From contig CATNEN010000001.1 of the NCBI GenBank assembly GCA_950097015.1, forward strand, positions 14,942,001-15,006,000: a stretch of DNA of 64,000 nucleotides, written 5' to 3'. Below are positions 51,036 to 63,264 of this stretch, piece by piece. The DNA is from Macrostomum hystrix (Eukaryota; Animalia; Platyhelminthes). The position numbers and the translations under genes are program-made. Under the pieces are notes generated by a model. That model was not told where the DNA came from. It worked only from the letters and a program-made list of their open reading frames with translations, and searched no databases. Numbering within the stretch: position 1 is the stretch's first letter; each line of letters begins with the position of its first letter.

Positions 51036-51804
51036 CTGATTCTGATTTACTGATTACACTGATTAAAGAAGAGCGACTTCACAATAGAATAGATGATTCA
51101 CAATTAATCGGTGATTAATTAAATTAAGAAGTTGCAACTGTTTAAAAATCTCACAAGTTGCAAATTCTGAATCAAGTATCAAAGTAAGCATCTTAAAGCT
51201 AAAAGATTTTTTAGTTTAGCTTGTCTGTCAAACTGATAAGTCAACTAAGCTAATACAGCTCCCAGGTAAAGTTGTTATGCTAAAATTATTAAAAGTTATA
51301 TGATTCTCTAAATGGCCATTTTCATCATTAAAATGAATATTAAATAATGAAGGAAAACTTTTGTAAGGCAACAAAGCAATATAATAATTGTTTATATATC
51401 TAAACTTGATATATTTAGATATTTAATTTATTAATTTGTATTTCAGCATATTTATTTTTATTTATTATTTCTACTCTACTATTTTTAAGCAGTTTTTAAA
51501 TTAACCATTGATTTATTTTTTATCTGTTTTTACAAGTTTCTATGTTTTTTATTTTGTATTTTTTCTAGCCCAGGCCTTGCTTTGCAGTAAAGCTTGCAAT
51601 AAACTTAAACATAAGTTAAAATGTTTAAGTGGTTTTCATCATATACCTAATATTAAAAAAGTATTACAATTGCTACTGTAAACTTGGTCTCCTGTTTTAT
51701 TTTTATCAAGTTTAGGCTACTTTTAGGCAAAGTTACAGTTGCTCATTCTGCACAATTTTACCCTGATTCACTTAGGTTTATCTATTGTGCATCATAAAAA
51801 TAAA

Positions 51805-52120
51805 GATTGTAGCCTAGTGGTTAGGGCATCGGACTAACAACTTGAAGGTCGGGGGTTCGATTCCCGACTCCACTGAAACAATTTGTCCTTTAGCAAGAAA
51901 CTTAACTCTGCATTGCTTCAGTTCACCCAGCTGTTAAATGGGTACCAGCATCAGCTGGGATAATTGAAGGTGGGTGTGGCGTCCCCCCAGTCCATGGACT
52001 GAACAGCTGTACGCAGCCTTTAGATGCGCCCCGCAATAGCTACGGCTGTGCTGTCGGCTGCAAATCTGGCCCGATTGGGGCAGGTGTAATCAATTATTAA
52101 TTATTATTAATAATAATAAA
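51805..52120 (+). mobile_element. tRNA-derived SINE family B with Nin/Deu-like central domain
   Basis: A box tagcctagtggttag, B box ggttcgattcc, central gtcctttagcaagaaacttaac..cattgc..cacccagctgttaaatgggtacc, (TTA/TAA)n tail. Confidence 0.8.
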
Positions 52121-52522
52121 GTTTTTTCGAGTATATAAATCCATTATTATTTAGGTCTCATAAATACTAAATAGTGTTGTCTAGTGTTTGTATTCTGAAA
52201 GATTCTCTTTAATGTAGAGTGCATTCTTTACTTAATGGAATATAATTTTTTGGATGTTATTACGTTTGCATTGAATCAATTAAGTAGAACTAAGTTGACA
52301 TATTTTTAGTCAGATTTAGTGAAAAGGCATAATAAATTCATAATGTCAATCAATAGAGAGAAAGCTTGAGTATATCTCTTAAAATGTATGCCGCTAGGTC
52401 CTTGAAACTCGCAGTTGTGCTTTAATTTAACATAAACTGACGCACATGGATGGGGCAATTGTGTTTATGGAGTTTACAATAGTTCAAACTGATTTATTAT
52501 TTCAGAAAACAAGCTAGCAGCC

Positions 52523-52960
52523 ATGGCCGACGCTGACCAAAAGAAGAACCGCGCCTTCCGCAAGTACTACTACCGCGGCGTGGAATTAGATCAGCTCCTG
52601 GACATGAGCATTGACCAGTTCTCCGAGTTGGCCACCTGCCGCATTCGCCGCCGCCTGAATCGCGGCCTGAAGCGCAAGCACCAGTCGCTGCTGAAGCGCC
52701 TTCGCAAGGCCAAGAAGGAGTGCGTGGTCGGTGAGAAGCCTGTCACCATTAAGACTCACCTGCGCAACATGCCGGTCCTGCCAGAGATGGTCGGCTCAAT
52801 TGTCGGCGTCTACAATGGTAAAGCGTTTACCGCTGTTGAAGTCAAGCCGGATATGATTGGACACTACCTGGGCGAGTTCAGCCTCACCTACAAGCCTGTG
52901 AAGCACGGCAGGCCCGGTATCGGCGCCACCCATAGCTCCCGCTTCATCCCGCTGAAGTAG
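52523..52960 (+). CDS. RPS15: 40S ribosomal protein S15 (uS19)
   Basis: [70 protein letters not shown]; splice acceptor tttcag just upstream of the ATG. Confidence 0.99.
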   Translation: MADADQKKNRAFRKYYYRGVELDQLLDMSIDQFSELATCRIRRRLNRGLKRKHQSLLKRLRKAKKECVVGEKPVTIKTHLRNMPVLPEMVGSIVGVYNGKAFTAVEVKPDMIGHYLGEFSLTYKPVKHGRPGIGATHSSRFIPLK

Positions 52961-53299
52961 GCGGCCAAGATGGACATTGAAAAACTTTAAATGGAACTGA
53001 AATGGAAATAGATGCATGGAATGCACCCAGTTGAAAGACGGTGTCTTTGGGATTTGGATATTGGATACTTTGTTGGTCTTTTGTTTTTTTGTCTTTAAAT
53101 TCTTATTAAGTTTGTAAAAACAATTTCCCCAAAGCCGGCCTTAGGTACCTAGCAACAGCCGTATTCAGATTGGCCAATCGTCCTAGAAAGCTGTTGTTTA
53201 ACGAGCTATTTTAGCGTTGTCCAAGGCTTGTTTTGGCTCGTTTTTAGAGACTTGAGTTATAGGGGACCTAGATAAGCTGGTAGGAATAGTGTCCGTCCT

Positions 53300-53365
53300 T
53301 AAGCTGTGTGCGTGTGCTCAGGAGTCAGTGGAATGGGCAGAATTGCCTCCTCGCTGGCTGCAGTT
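53300..53365 (+). mobile_element. Fragment of SINE family A
   Basis: gtgtgcgtgtgctcaggagtcagtggaatgggcagaattgcctcctcgctggctgc matches 1330-1390. Confidence 0.7.
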
Positions 53366-53497
53366 GTAGTATATCCTGCAATTATTATTAAATTCAGTTA
53401 GCCTGTTGTTAATTAATTAAAGCAAGGGCCAACTGGCTATTACTTACAGTAGCTATGTAGAATATCATTCTCATGTAAAGCTAATTGATCATTCCAG

Positions 53498-54718
53498 TCT
53501 GCTAACGGCCCAAACAAAGCTTCGACCGCGGTAGAAGTCAGCCCGGCTTCTAGTCGGCTAGTTCTGCCGCTGTCAGCCGAACAACTAACAGCTAATGCTG
53601 CTGCCGCCCTGCGTACAGTACGCAAAGCGGCCCTGGCTGCCTCTACAATGGACGAAGCGCATTCTAATAAAAAGCGTCAACTATTTGATTCTTCCGAATT
53701 GCTTTTAACTATCGGCCTAACTGAAGCAGTTAACAAAACTAACAGTACAATGATTCTCACATTGCCGCATTCGGTGCATTGTTCTGACACAGAATCCGGC
53801 TGTTTAATCACTAAAGATTTGCCCAGCGCCCCGGCTGACTATGAAGCTACCGCGGCTCACTATGCCGAACAACTGAAACAGTCTGGCTGTAAAACTAGCC
53901 TAACTGTACTGCCACTGCGCGAACTCACTGTAGCCTACATGCCATACGAGGCTAAGCGGCGCCTTTGCCACGCCTACGATTATTTCCTAGCCGATGTAAG
54001 AATTTTGCACCGGCTTGGTAACAAACTGGGCGCCCAGTTTGCCAACAAAAATCGACGAAAAATTCCCCTGCCTGTCGATTTAGAGGCCCGCGATTTGTCA
54101 GCCGAAATTGACAAAGCATTGCGATGTGTTAGAATCTGCCTGATTGGTACAACCGTGTCCTGCCTAGTTGGCCCAATCAATACTCAGTTGAGCGAGTCAG
54201 ACAAAGACCGACTGGATGAAGATCAGCGTCTTCTAGCTAACATTGCTTCCGCCTGTGAGCAATTAGCTAATAGACTAGCTAATCTCGGCAGCGATGGCCC
54301 TATAATTGCCAGTTTGTATCTGCGCCATCCGTGTAGTGGCAATGTGCCTGTCTTTGTTCGCACCGCTGCTGCCGTTGAAACTACAAAGACTAATAACTCT
54401 GATCCGATTGTTAGCGAGACTGGCAAAGATCTGGCTAAAACAAAGACTAAGAAGACGGCGCGTGATCTCGACAAAGATCTGGCCGAGCTAGGCGCCACGC
54501 TCTGGGACCAAGAGCTTCTAGCCAAGACAGTCAAGAAGAAGCAGTCAAAGGCCAAGACTGTTACTGCTAAGCAGGGCAAGCCGCAGAGTAAGAAGAGAAA
54601 GCAATTCGGCAACATTCAACAGAAGCAGCAGAAAGAGCCAAAGAAGACCAAGAAGGGAAAGCCCAGTCCACAGAAGCAGAAAAAGAACAAGCAGAAGCAG
54701 CAGAAAAGCAAGGCTTAA
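53498..54718 (+). CDS. RSL1D1: Ribosomal L1 domain-containing protein 1-like (RSL1D1/Cic1/Utp30); frame opens at a splice acceptor 50 codons before the first ATG (53648)
   Basis: LPH..CLITKD, EL..Y.PYEAKRRLCHAYDYFLAD.RI..LG..F...KIPLPV, G...S..VG, NI, SLYLR...VPVF, Lys-rich tail. Confidence 0.82.
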   Translation, partial: SANGPNKASTAVEVSPASSRLVLPLSAEQLTANAAAALRTVRKAALAASTMDEAHSNKKRQLFDSSELLLTIGLTEAVNKTNSTMILTLPHSVHCSDTESGCLITKDLPSAPADYEATAAHYAEQLKQSGCKTSLTVLPLRELTVAYMPYEAKRRLCHAYDYFLADVRILHRLGNKLGAQFANKNRRKIPLPVDLEARDLSAEIDKALRCVRICLIGTTVSCLVGPINTQLSESDKDRLDEDQRLLANIASACEQLANRLANLGSDGPIIASLYLRHPCSGNVPVFVRTAAAVETTKTNNSDPIVSETGKDLAKTKTKKTARDLDKDLAELGATLWDQELLAKTVKKKQSKAKTVTAKQGKPQSKKRKQFGNIQQKQQKEPKKTKKGKPSPQKQKKNKQKQQKSKA

Positions 54719-55267
54719 TCGATTTGGCACATATTTCGCAACTGACAATGCTGCATTTCATCACGATTTCTGTTTTGTCCTTGCTGTGTTGAGCTGTTTC
54801 CACTAATTAAGCAATCTAAGTGTCTTCAAATTGAAAATATACAAACGTAGTTTTATGCAACGCAACATCTGTCTGATCAGCCCGTTTAGCAAGAAAGCCA
54901 GCATTTCATGATTTAACCATTGGTAGAATAAATGTTAATTCCATTTTTTCAAATTAAAAATGGCTATTAAACTGCTGCGTTTAACTTTTTAGTCCATGGA
55001 CTGGCGGTGGGCCGCCAGATCCACTCAAGTGTCTACCACAGCTAGCACTTTTTAAACAGCTTCAAGCTCGCTCCATACCTTTTCCGAATTCTAAAACATT
55101 TCGTCAATGATGTCTTTACGAAATCAAGTCTGACCTAGTCAAGCAATAAGGATTTCTTTTGTTTGTCTAACAAGCTATACTTATAATAACCATTTTCAGC
55201 TCTGTTGAAGCATTACTAGACCGTCTGATAATTACTAAGTCTAATATACAACAACCAGCCTATCAAC

Positions 55268-55966
55268 ATGCCTGACAAAATCACTATGAGCTTGGACGAA
55301 ATCATCAAGATAACTAAGCCGGCTGGCCGGGGACGCGGTCGCGGCGGTGCCACCAGGCGCGGCGGCTCCGGCGGCGGAGGAATTCGCGGCGGCGGCGGCA
55401 TCCAGAAGCGGGAATGGCGTCGTCCTGTCACCACCCAGCAGCCGCAGCAACAACAGCAGCAGCAGCAGCAGCCGGCCAAGTTGCTAATCTCCAACCTAGA
55501 TTTCGGTGTGACAGATTCTGATCTATTCGAGCTGTTCTCCGAATTCGGTCGGGTTAAGAAGACCACAATTCACTATGATCGTTCCGGCCGGTCTCTGGGC
55601 ACGGCCGATGTGTATTTTGACAGGCAGCAGAATGCCGCCAAGGCCTACAATCAGTACAATGGCGTGCCACTCGACGGCAGGCCGATGCGCATTGAACTGG
55701 TCGGCGGAGGCGGCGGTGGCGGCGCCCCTGCGCCTCGTCGGATTGGCCAGCAGCCGCAGCAGCAGCGCCGAAGCGGCGGCACCGGCGGCAGCGGCGGTTT
55801 TAGCCAACGCGGCGGTCGGGGCGGCGGCGGCTTCCGCGGCGGTCGCGGCGGTCGCGGCGCCGGCCGCGGCGGCGGAGGTCGGGGCGGTCGGCAGCCGGTT
55901 CCCAGCAAGGAGGATCTTGACGCCGAGTTGGAGAAGTACACTGCCGCCGCAGCTGCTGCCGAATAA
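55268..55966 (+). CDS. ALYREF: THO complex subunit 4 / Aly/REF mRNA export adaptor
   Basis: N-terminal [14 protein letters not shown] boxes, RRM ([50 protein letters not shown]), C-terminal [12 protein letters not shown]. Confidence 0.97.
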   Translation: MPDKITMSLDEIIKITKPAGRGRGRGGATRRGGSGGGGIRGGGGIQKREWRRPVTTQQPQQQQQQQQQPAKLLISNLDFGVTDSDLFELFSEFGRVKKTTIHYDRSGRSLGTADVYFDRQQNAAKAYNQYNGVPLDGRPMRIELVGGGGGGGAPAPRRIGQQPQQQRRSGGTGGSGGFSQRGGRGGGGFRGGRGGRGAGRGGGGRGGRQPVPSKEDLDAELEKYTAAAAAAE

Positions 55967-57291
55967 GAACTATTCTGTCGCTGCAGTTGATTTTTCGGGG
56001 AGAGATAATGCGAAATGTTCTGTGCGCTCTTTTAATCTAGCTTAATAATCAGTTTGTATGGGATTTCATGCACGAAATATCCCATTTGAGGATTTTTTAA
56101 TAATCCTCACAACTTCGTTCGCAAAATGGCAGTCTATCAGTGTTGCTCCGTTCTCACAATTTTTGTTGATCAAGTATGTAAAGTCAATAATATTCGCGCT
56201 ATATTACTTACTTGTAGTAGTCTTTAATTTGCATTACTTATTCTGCTCGTGTTTTCTTTATATTCCGCAATTAGCAGTTTGTTTGTCACTTGAAGCCGTC
56301 ACCATCGCAAAACCCGTGAATTTGAAAAAGCAAGCAAACTAACTATTGCACTCTTTTCTCTTGCTGTTTAATTTTGATTCATTTAACTAAAAATACTACT
56401 TTAGTAGCAACAACAAGAATGTTTATGTGTGTTTTCAAATAATCGAATAATATAATTATGCTTAATTGTGTGTTCAAGCTGTCAAAAACGTTAAAACTAG
56501 TTTTCTGTTATTTTAACTCGAAATCAACTTTCTCTTGTGTCTTTGTTTTTTGGCGTTTTTTTAATTGTATTTTCACCTGATAACCGCCAGCAACAATAAT
56601 TGTTCGGTTCGCCGTGCTGACAATAAATTAAATGAATAAAATTGTCAACAGAATAGAAAATGAAGTTTGTGTCAGTACTTGAAAGGACTAGGTACTTTTC
56701 TATCAACACTGACACCTGTCAAATTATTAAAGGCATGCAATTTTTACCTAAAACGTTTTTTAGCTTTAGTGACAAAATTTCTAATCTTAAAAATGGCATT
56801 TTTTAGAACTTCTTTTAAGTACATAATCAGTGTGAAAGAACACACTTGTAAAAAAGCATTACATTTGCCCCCTCAATAATCATGAATTCAGAAGGAATCC
56901 TTTTTTATAAGCTACTTTTAGTAGCATTAATCGCAGCAAAACAATATTTGAAATATTCAATTTCATGCAAATTCAAATTTATGCTATTTTAATTTAGGCC
57001 TAAACTACTTTAGACATTTTCAAAAGTTGTTATTTTGTTGCATTTCAACCCTAATTATTCTCTTTTATCTAAAAGAATATTGACAAGTAGGCACTAGCAT
57101 ATCGAAGGAAGCCAGGAATGAAAAATAATGTCGATTTAAGAAAGAAAAACATGTTTACAAACGTCATGGATAATTAGTGTTTTCGTGAATCGGATTTACA
57201 ATTTCGTTTTTTTACTTTTATCACTTGCTTTTTAGGGTTTTATTTGCCAAGATTAAAGATAAGATAAGATTCTGTTTGCTTCGCGCATTAA

Positions 57292-57368
57292 GGTGTAGCT
57301 TCTTGGTTAGAGCGTCTGACTTGTGACTTGAAGGTCAGGGGTTCGATTTCCTGCTCCACTGGAACATT
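57292..57368 (+). mobile_element. tRNA-like head fragment of SINE family B
   Basis: tgtagct..tggttagagcgtctgac..cttgaaggtcaggggttcgattt..ctccactg parallels 51808-51876. Confidence 0.65.
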
Positions 57369-58067
57369 AATTGCCCGGGTAGTTGAATTCCATGGATAGA
57401 ATATTTTTTCCTAGGTTATTAGTGAGTTGAATTTTCATTTCATTTTCCCCGTTTCTGTTTGTTTTTCAGTTCAACCTTGCCAGGCAACAATTATTATTCG
57501 GTCAAACAGCTGGCGGTATCGGCAACTTGTTGTTAACTATCTGTCGCAGCTCTGTCAAGTCTCCGCCTGTCGCTTGTTGCGTTAGCCGTTTTACTAGCAT
57601 TAGTATTAGTAGAAATAAATCTTTCTATTCTTCATTTCTTCAGCAACAATCGATATTGAACAGTGAGTAAATAATGAGTGTTGTGAAAAGTACAATTATA
57701 GTATGTTCGTATAATAAGGTACCAAGTTTATCAGGGTTTTAAAATATATGCGCATTAAAATTAACTTGAGTGAAGTTTGCTTTCATTAAAAAAAATTCTA
57801 TTGTTTCGATTATATAAGTCACAAAATAAACTAAAGAGCGTTAGTAAGTATGCAGTAAAAATGGACATTGTGAATCTGACGAAATTTTTGTTAGTATTTT
57901 TTAACAAAAGTACATCCGTTGCGTCCTTGAGACCCTCGCGTGTGTCTGGCTATTTTTAGATTCAATGTACACTCAATAAGTCAGTGTCTATATATACGAG
58001 TATTGTAAGAGGAAAAGCGTATTGGCATCTAGCTTTGCTTTCATTCTCTATTTTATCAGGTCGAAAC

Positions 58068-61000
58068 ATGACGACATCCGGATTGACAACTCGTGCTCAA
58101 CCACCGTGGCAGCCGCCGGCTTCCACCGAAGGCCTTGACAATCTGCCACCATTGAAACTATTCAATAGTTTGACAATGCAGAAAGAACAGTTTGTGCCAG
58201 AGACTGGTCGAAAAGTGGAATGGTACTCATGCGGACCGACTGTGTACGACATGTCACACATGGGCCACGCCAGGTCGTACATTAGCTTCGATATTATGCG
58301 CAGGATATTTGTAGATTATTTCAAATTCGACGTGCACTACGTTATGAATATCACGGATATTGATGACAAGGTGAGTGTGATCAGTTTAGATAATTAACTA
58401 AGATTTTGTTCATAGCTTTGTAACATTTTTTATGTTCTTTTATCGATCTCACGTAATTAAATCTCAATTGATAGCTCATGGCGAGATTTCTGTGAATAAA
58501 TCCCTAATAGAATAGATAAGTAAGATCTCACTTGCATCGTACAGATTCGTACATCACATTGAGATTAGATAGTTGAGATCTCACCATGAGAATTCTAAAT
58601 CTCATGGAATAGATGGTTGAGATCTCACGATGAGAATCGTAAATCTTATGGAGAGTAGATGGTTGAGGTCTCACGATGAGAATTCTAAATCTCACGGAGA
58701 GTAGATGTTTAAGATCTCACCATCAGAATTTTAAATCTTAGAGAGTAGATGGTTGAGATCTCACGATGAGAATCGTAAATCTTACGGAGAGTAGATGTTT
58801 AAGATCTCACCATCAGAATTCTAAATCTTAAAGAGTAGATGGTTGAGATCTTACGATGAGAATCGTAAATCTTACGGAGAGTAGATGTTTAAGATCTCAC
58901 CATCAGAATTCTAAATCTTAAAGAGTAGATGGTTGAGATCTCACGATGAGAATTCTAAATCTCATGGAGTAGATGGTTGAGATCTCACGATGAGAATCGT
59001 AAATCTTATGGAGAGTAGATGGTTGAGGTCTCACGATGAGAATTCTAAATCTCACGGAGAGTAGATGTTTAAGATCTCACCATCAGAATTTTAAATCTTA
59101 GAGAGTAGATGGTTGAGATCTCACGATGAGAATCGTAAATCTTACGGAGAGTAGATGTTTAAGATCTCACCATCAGAATTCTAAATCTTAAAGAGTAGAT
59201 GGTTGAGATCTCACGATGAGAATCGTAAATCTTACGGAGAGTAGATGTTTAAGATCTCACCATCAGAATTCTAAATCTTAAAGAGTAGATGGTTGAGATC
59301 TCACGATGAGAATCGTAAATCTTACGGAGAGTAGATGTTTAAGATCTCACCATCAGAATTCTAAATCTTAAAGAGTAGATGGTTGAGATCTCACGATGAG
59401 AATTCTAAATCTCATGGAGTAGATGGTTGAGATCTCACGATGAGAATCGTAAATCTTATGGAGAGTAGATGGTTGAGGTCTCACGATGAGAATTCTAAAT
59501 CTCACGGAGAGTAGATGTTTAAGATCTCACCATCAGAATTTTAAATCTTAAAGAGTAGATGGTTGAGATCTCACGATGAGAATTCTAAATCTTACGGAGA
59601 GTAGATGTTTAAGATCTCACGATGAGAATTGTAAATCTTACGGAGAGTAGATGGTTGAGATCTCACGATGAGAATTGTAACTCTCTTGGAGAGTAGATGT
59701 TTAAGATCTCACCATCAGAATTTTAAATCTTAGAGATTAGATGGTTGAGATCTCACGATGAGAATTGTAAATCTTACGGAGAGTAGATGTTTAAGATCTC
59801 ACCATCAGAATTCTAAATCTTAAAGAGTAGATGGTTGAGATCTCACGATGAGAATCGTAAATCTTACGGAGAGTAGATGTTTAAGATCTCACCATCAGAA
59901 TTTTAAATCTTAGAGATTAGATGGTTGAGATCTCACGATGAGAATTGTAAATCTTACGGAGAGTAGATGTTTAAGATCTCACCATCAGAATTCTAAATCT
60001 TAAAGAGTAGATGGTTGAGATCTCACGATGAGAATCGTAAATCTTACGGAGAGTAGATGTTTAAGATCTCACCATCAGAATTCTAAATCTTAAAGAGTAG
60101 ATGGTTGAGATCTCACGATGAGAATCGTAAATCTTACGGAGAGTAGATGTTTAAGATCTCACCATCAGAATTCTAAATCTTAAAGAGTAGATGGTTGAGA
60201 TCTCACGATGAGAATTCTAAATCTCATGGAGTAGATGGTTGAGATCTCACGATGAGAATCGTAAATCTTATGGAGAGTAGATGGTTGAGGTCTCACGATG
60301 AGAATTCTAAATCTCACGGAGAGTAGATGTTTAAGATCTCACCATCAGAATTTTAAATCTTAAAGAGTAGATGGTTGAGATCTCACGATGAGAATTCTAA
60401 ATCTTACGGAGAGTAGATGTTTAAGATCTCACGATGAGAATTGTAAATCTTACGGAGAGTAGATGGTTGAGATCTCACGATGAGAATTGTAACTCTCTTG
60501 GAGAGTAGATGTTTAAGATCTCACCATCAGAATTTTAAATCTTAGAGATTAGATGGTTGAGATCTCACGATGAGAATTGTAAATCTTACGGAGAGTAGAT
60601 GTTTAAGATCTCACCATCAGAATTTTAAATCTTAGAGATTAGATAGTTGAGATCTCACCATGAGAATTCTAAATCTCATGAAGTAGCTCGTTGAGATCTC
60701 ACGATGAGAATTGTAAATCTCATAGAGTAGATTGTTGAGATCTCACCATGAGAAGGGTCAGAATCTCATATTTGGTAGATATGTGGTCGATCAGTGAAAT
60801 GATAGTCAATGTATAATATTCCTCACCGCCCTATTTTCACGCAGATCATCAAGCGCGCCCGTCAAGGCTACCTATTTGACAAATACTCGGCAGATGCCGC
60901 CAGCTTAGATCAGGTTCGCTCGGATGTTCGCGAAGCTGTTCAACGTTTGGAATCGAAATTGGCCAACGAAACGGATCCGGACAAACTGGCCATGCACAAG

Positions 61001-62975
61001 CGTGATCTAGCTAAGGTTCAGGCCGCTTTGATTAGCGACGAACTGTCTGTGCTGCTAGCCGAAGCTCGTGACTGCCTCTGCGACTGGCTTGACAGCCGTC
61101 TAGGCTCAACGGTGACAGACAATGCTGTGTTCGAGGAGTTGCCTAAACGTTTCGAGCTGGAATACTTCGCTGATATGAGAGCTTTGAATATTCTTGATCC
61201 GGATAAGCTGGTTCGAGTTAGCGAGGTTGTGCCCGCCATTGTTGACTACTGCAAGGTGAAGATTGACGCAATTTTTCAGTTGTATCTTCCTCTTGGTTCT
61301 TAAGGATGCTTTGGATTGGTCATTAGGCTTCTTGTTCAGGGTCCTTCAGGAAGCCTCTTGTTCAGCATACTTCAGGAAGCCACTTGTTCAGGATTCTTCA
61401 GGAAGCCACTTGTTCAGGATTCTTCAGGAAGCCTCTTGTTCAGGATTCTTCAGGAAGCCACTTGTTCAGGATTCTTCAGGAAGCCTCTTGTTCAGGATTC
61501 TTCAGGAAGCCACTTGTTCAGGATTCTTCAGGAAGCCTCTTGTTCAGGATTCTTCAGGAAGCCACTTGTTCAGGATTCTTCAGGAAGCCACTTGTTCAGG
61601 ATTCTTCAGGAAGCCTCTTGTTCAGGATTCTTCAGGAAGCCACTTGTTCAGGATTCTTCAGGAAGTCACTTGTTCAGGATTCTTCAGGAAGCCTCTTGTT
61701 CAGGATTCTTTAGGAAGCCTCTTGTTCAGGATTCTTCAGGAAGCCTCTTGTTCAGGATTCTTCAGGAAGCCTCTTGTTCAGGATTCTTCAGGAAGCCTCT
61801 TGTTCAGGATTCTTCAGGAAGCCACTTGTTCAGGATTCTTCAGGAAGCCTCTTGTTCAGGATTCTTCAGGAAGCCACTTGTTCAGGATTCTTCAGGAAGC
61901 CTCTTGTTCAGGATTCTTCAGGAAGCCACTTGTTCAGGATTCTTCAGGAAGCCTCTTGTTCAGGATTCTTCAGGAAGCCTCTTGTTCAGGATTCTTCAGG
62001 AAGCCACTTGTTCAGGATTCTTCAGGAAGCCTCTTGTTCAGGATTCTTCAGGAAGCCTCTTGTTCAGGATTCTTCAGGAAGCCTCTTGTTCAGGATTCTT
62101 CACTCTCCAGAAGGCCATTTTTCAGGAATTGTCTAAATTGTTCTCAACTTATTTCTGAGCATTTACTTCAGAACTTTTTTTGGTCTTAAATATAATTATC
62201 TCCGACCTTCATAAACCTTCAGAGCTGTGATCTCAGACCTATTGGAACCTTACATCTCAGCCCTTCTAGACAATGATATCAGACCTTCAGGCCATGATCT
62301 CAGAACTTCAGGCCCATGGTCACAGACTATCATACCATAGTCACAGACCTTCAGGCCTTGGTCTCAGACTTTCAGGGCCATGGTCTCAGGTCTTCAGGGC
62401 CATAGTCTGAGATCTTCAGGGCCATGGTCACAGACCTTCAGGCCCATAGTCTGAGACCTTAAGAGCCATGGTCTCAGACTTTGAGGGCCATTGTATCAGA
62501 CCTACAGGGCCATGGTTTCAGACCTTCATTCATCCCAGATGCTCTCCTCCGCAATCCAGGTTATCGTAGATCGCGGCTACGCCTACGAGTCGAACGGCTC
62601 CGTCTATTTTGACACCCAGCGCTTCGCCAACGCCGACGGTCATTTCTACGCCAAGCTGGTTCCGGCCGCGTTCGGCGATCAGAAACTGCTGCACGAAGGC
62701 GAGGGCGACCTGTCAATCGGCGCAGATCGCCTCAACGAGAAACGATCGCAGGCCGATTTCGCATTGTGGAAGGCAAGCAAACCGGGCGAGCCGGCTTGGC
62801 CGAGTCCCTGGGGCATGGGCCGGCCAGGTTGGCACATAGAGTGCTCGGTCATGGCTAGCCAGGAGTGCGGCTCAGTCCTGGATATTCACACTGGCGGCGT
62901 GGACTTGAAATTTCCGCATCACGACAATGAGCTGGCTCAGGCTGAGGCCTACTTTGGCCACTCGCATTGGGTTAG
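58068..62975 (+). CDS. CARS1: Cysteinyl-tRNA synthetase, cytoplasmic (5' part; continues beyond the window)
   Basis: Exons 58068-58370 ([29 protein letters not shown]), 60845-61255 (IIKRAR..RVSE), 62560-62975 ([48 protein letters not shown]). Confidence 0.97.
58540..60760. repeat. Intronic satellite with alternating 46/44-bp monomers (90-bp dimer, 360-bp higher-order block)
   Basis: gagtagatggttgagatctcacgatgagaatcgtaaatcttacgga alternates with gagtagatgtttaagatctcaccatcagaattctaaatcttaaa. Confidence 0.95.
61330..62100. repeat. 26-bp intronic minisatellite (aagcctcttgttcaggattcttcagg)
   Basis: Tandem array in CARS intron. Confidence 0.96.
62205..62530. repeat. Degenerate about 24-bp repeat (cagaccttcagggccatggtct)
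   Basis: Diverged tandem units just before the CARS exon at 62560. Confidence 0.75.
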
Positions 62976-63264
62976 GTGAGTTTTGGGAGATGGGAATCAA
63001 GTGTCTGAAATTCGAACTCACGACCTCTGCGTGTAAGGAAATCCGTTACTATAAGCAATAAGCTCTAACAACAAAAGTTTACAGTAATATACTGTTAGCT
63101 TTTTGAAGTCTTTGTCCTTTAGTCTTTTAGAATTTCATTCCTAAGTTCATTCAATAGACAGATTCTCTAAATCTTCATTGTCTTCAACGATTGGCACATC
63201 ATATGTTAATCAGGTCTTTGTTCTTACTTTACGCAATCAAGCGTTATTAGCTTTTAAACACCCT

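Noticed and set aside
51808-51882. tRNA gene candidate (also 57292-57360 and 18650-18720)
   Set aside because: Stems are imperfect and the sequence continues into a repeated SINE body; treated as SINE heads.
61263-62189. ORFs with [11 protein letters not shown] repeats
   Set aside because: 26-bp satellite inside a CARS intron.
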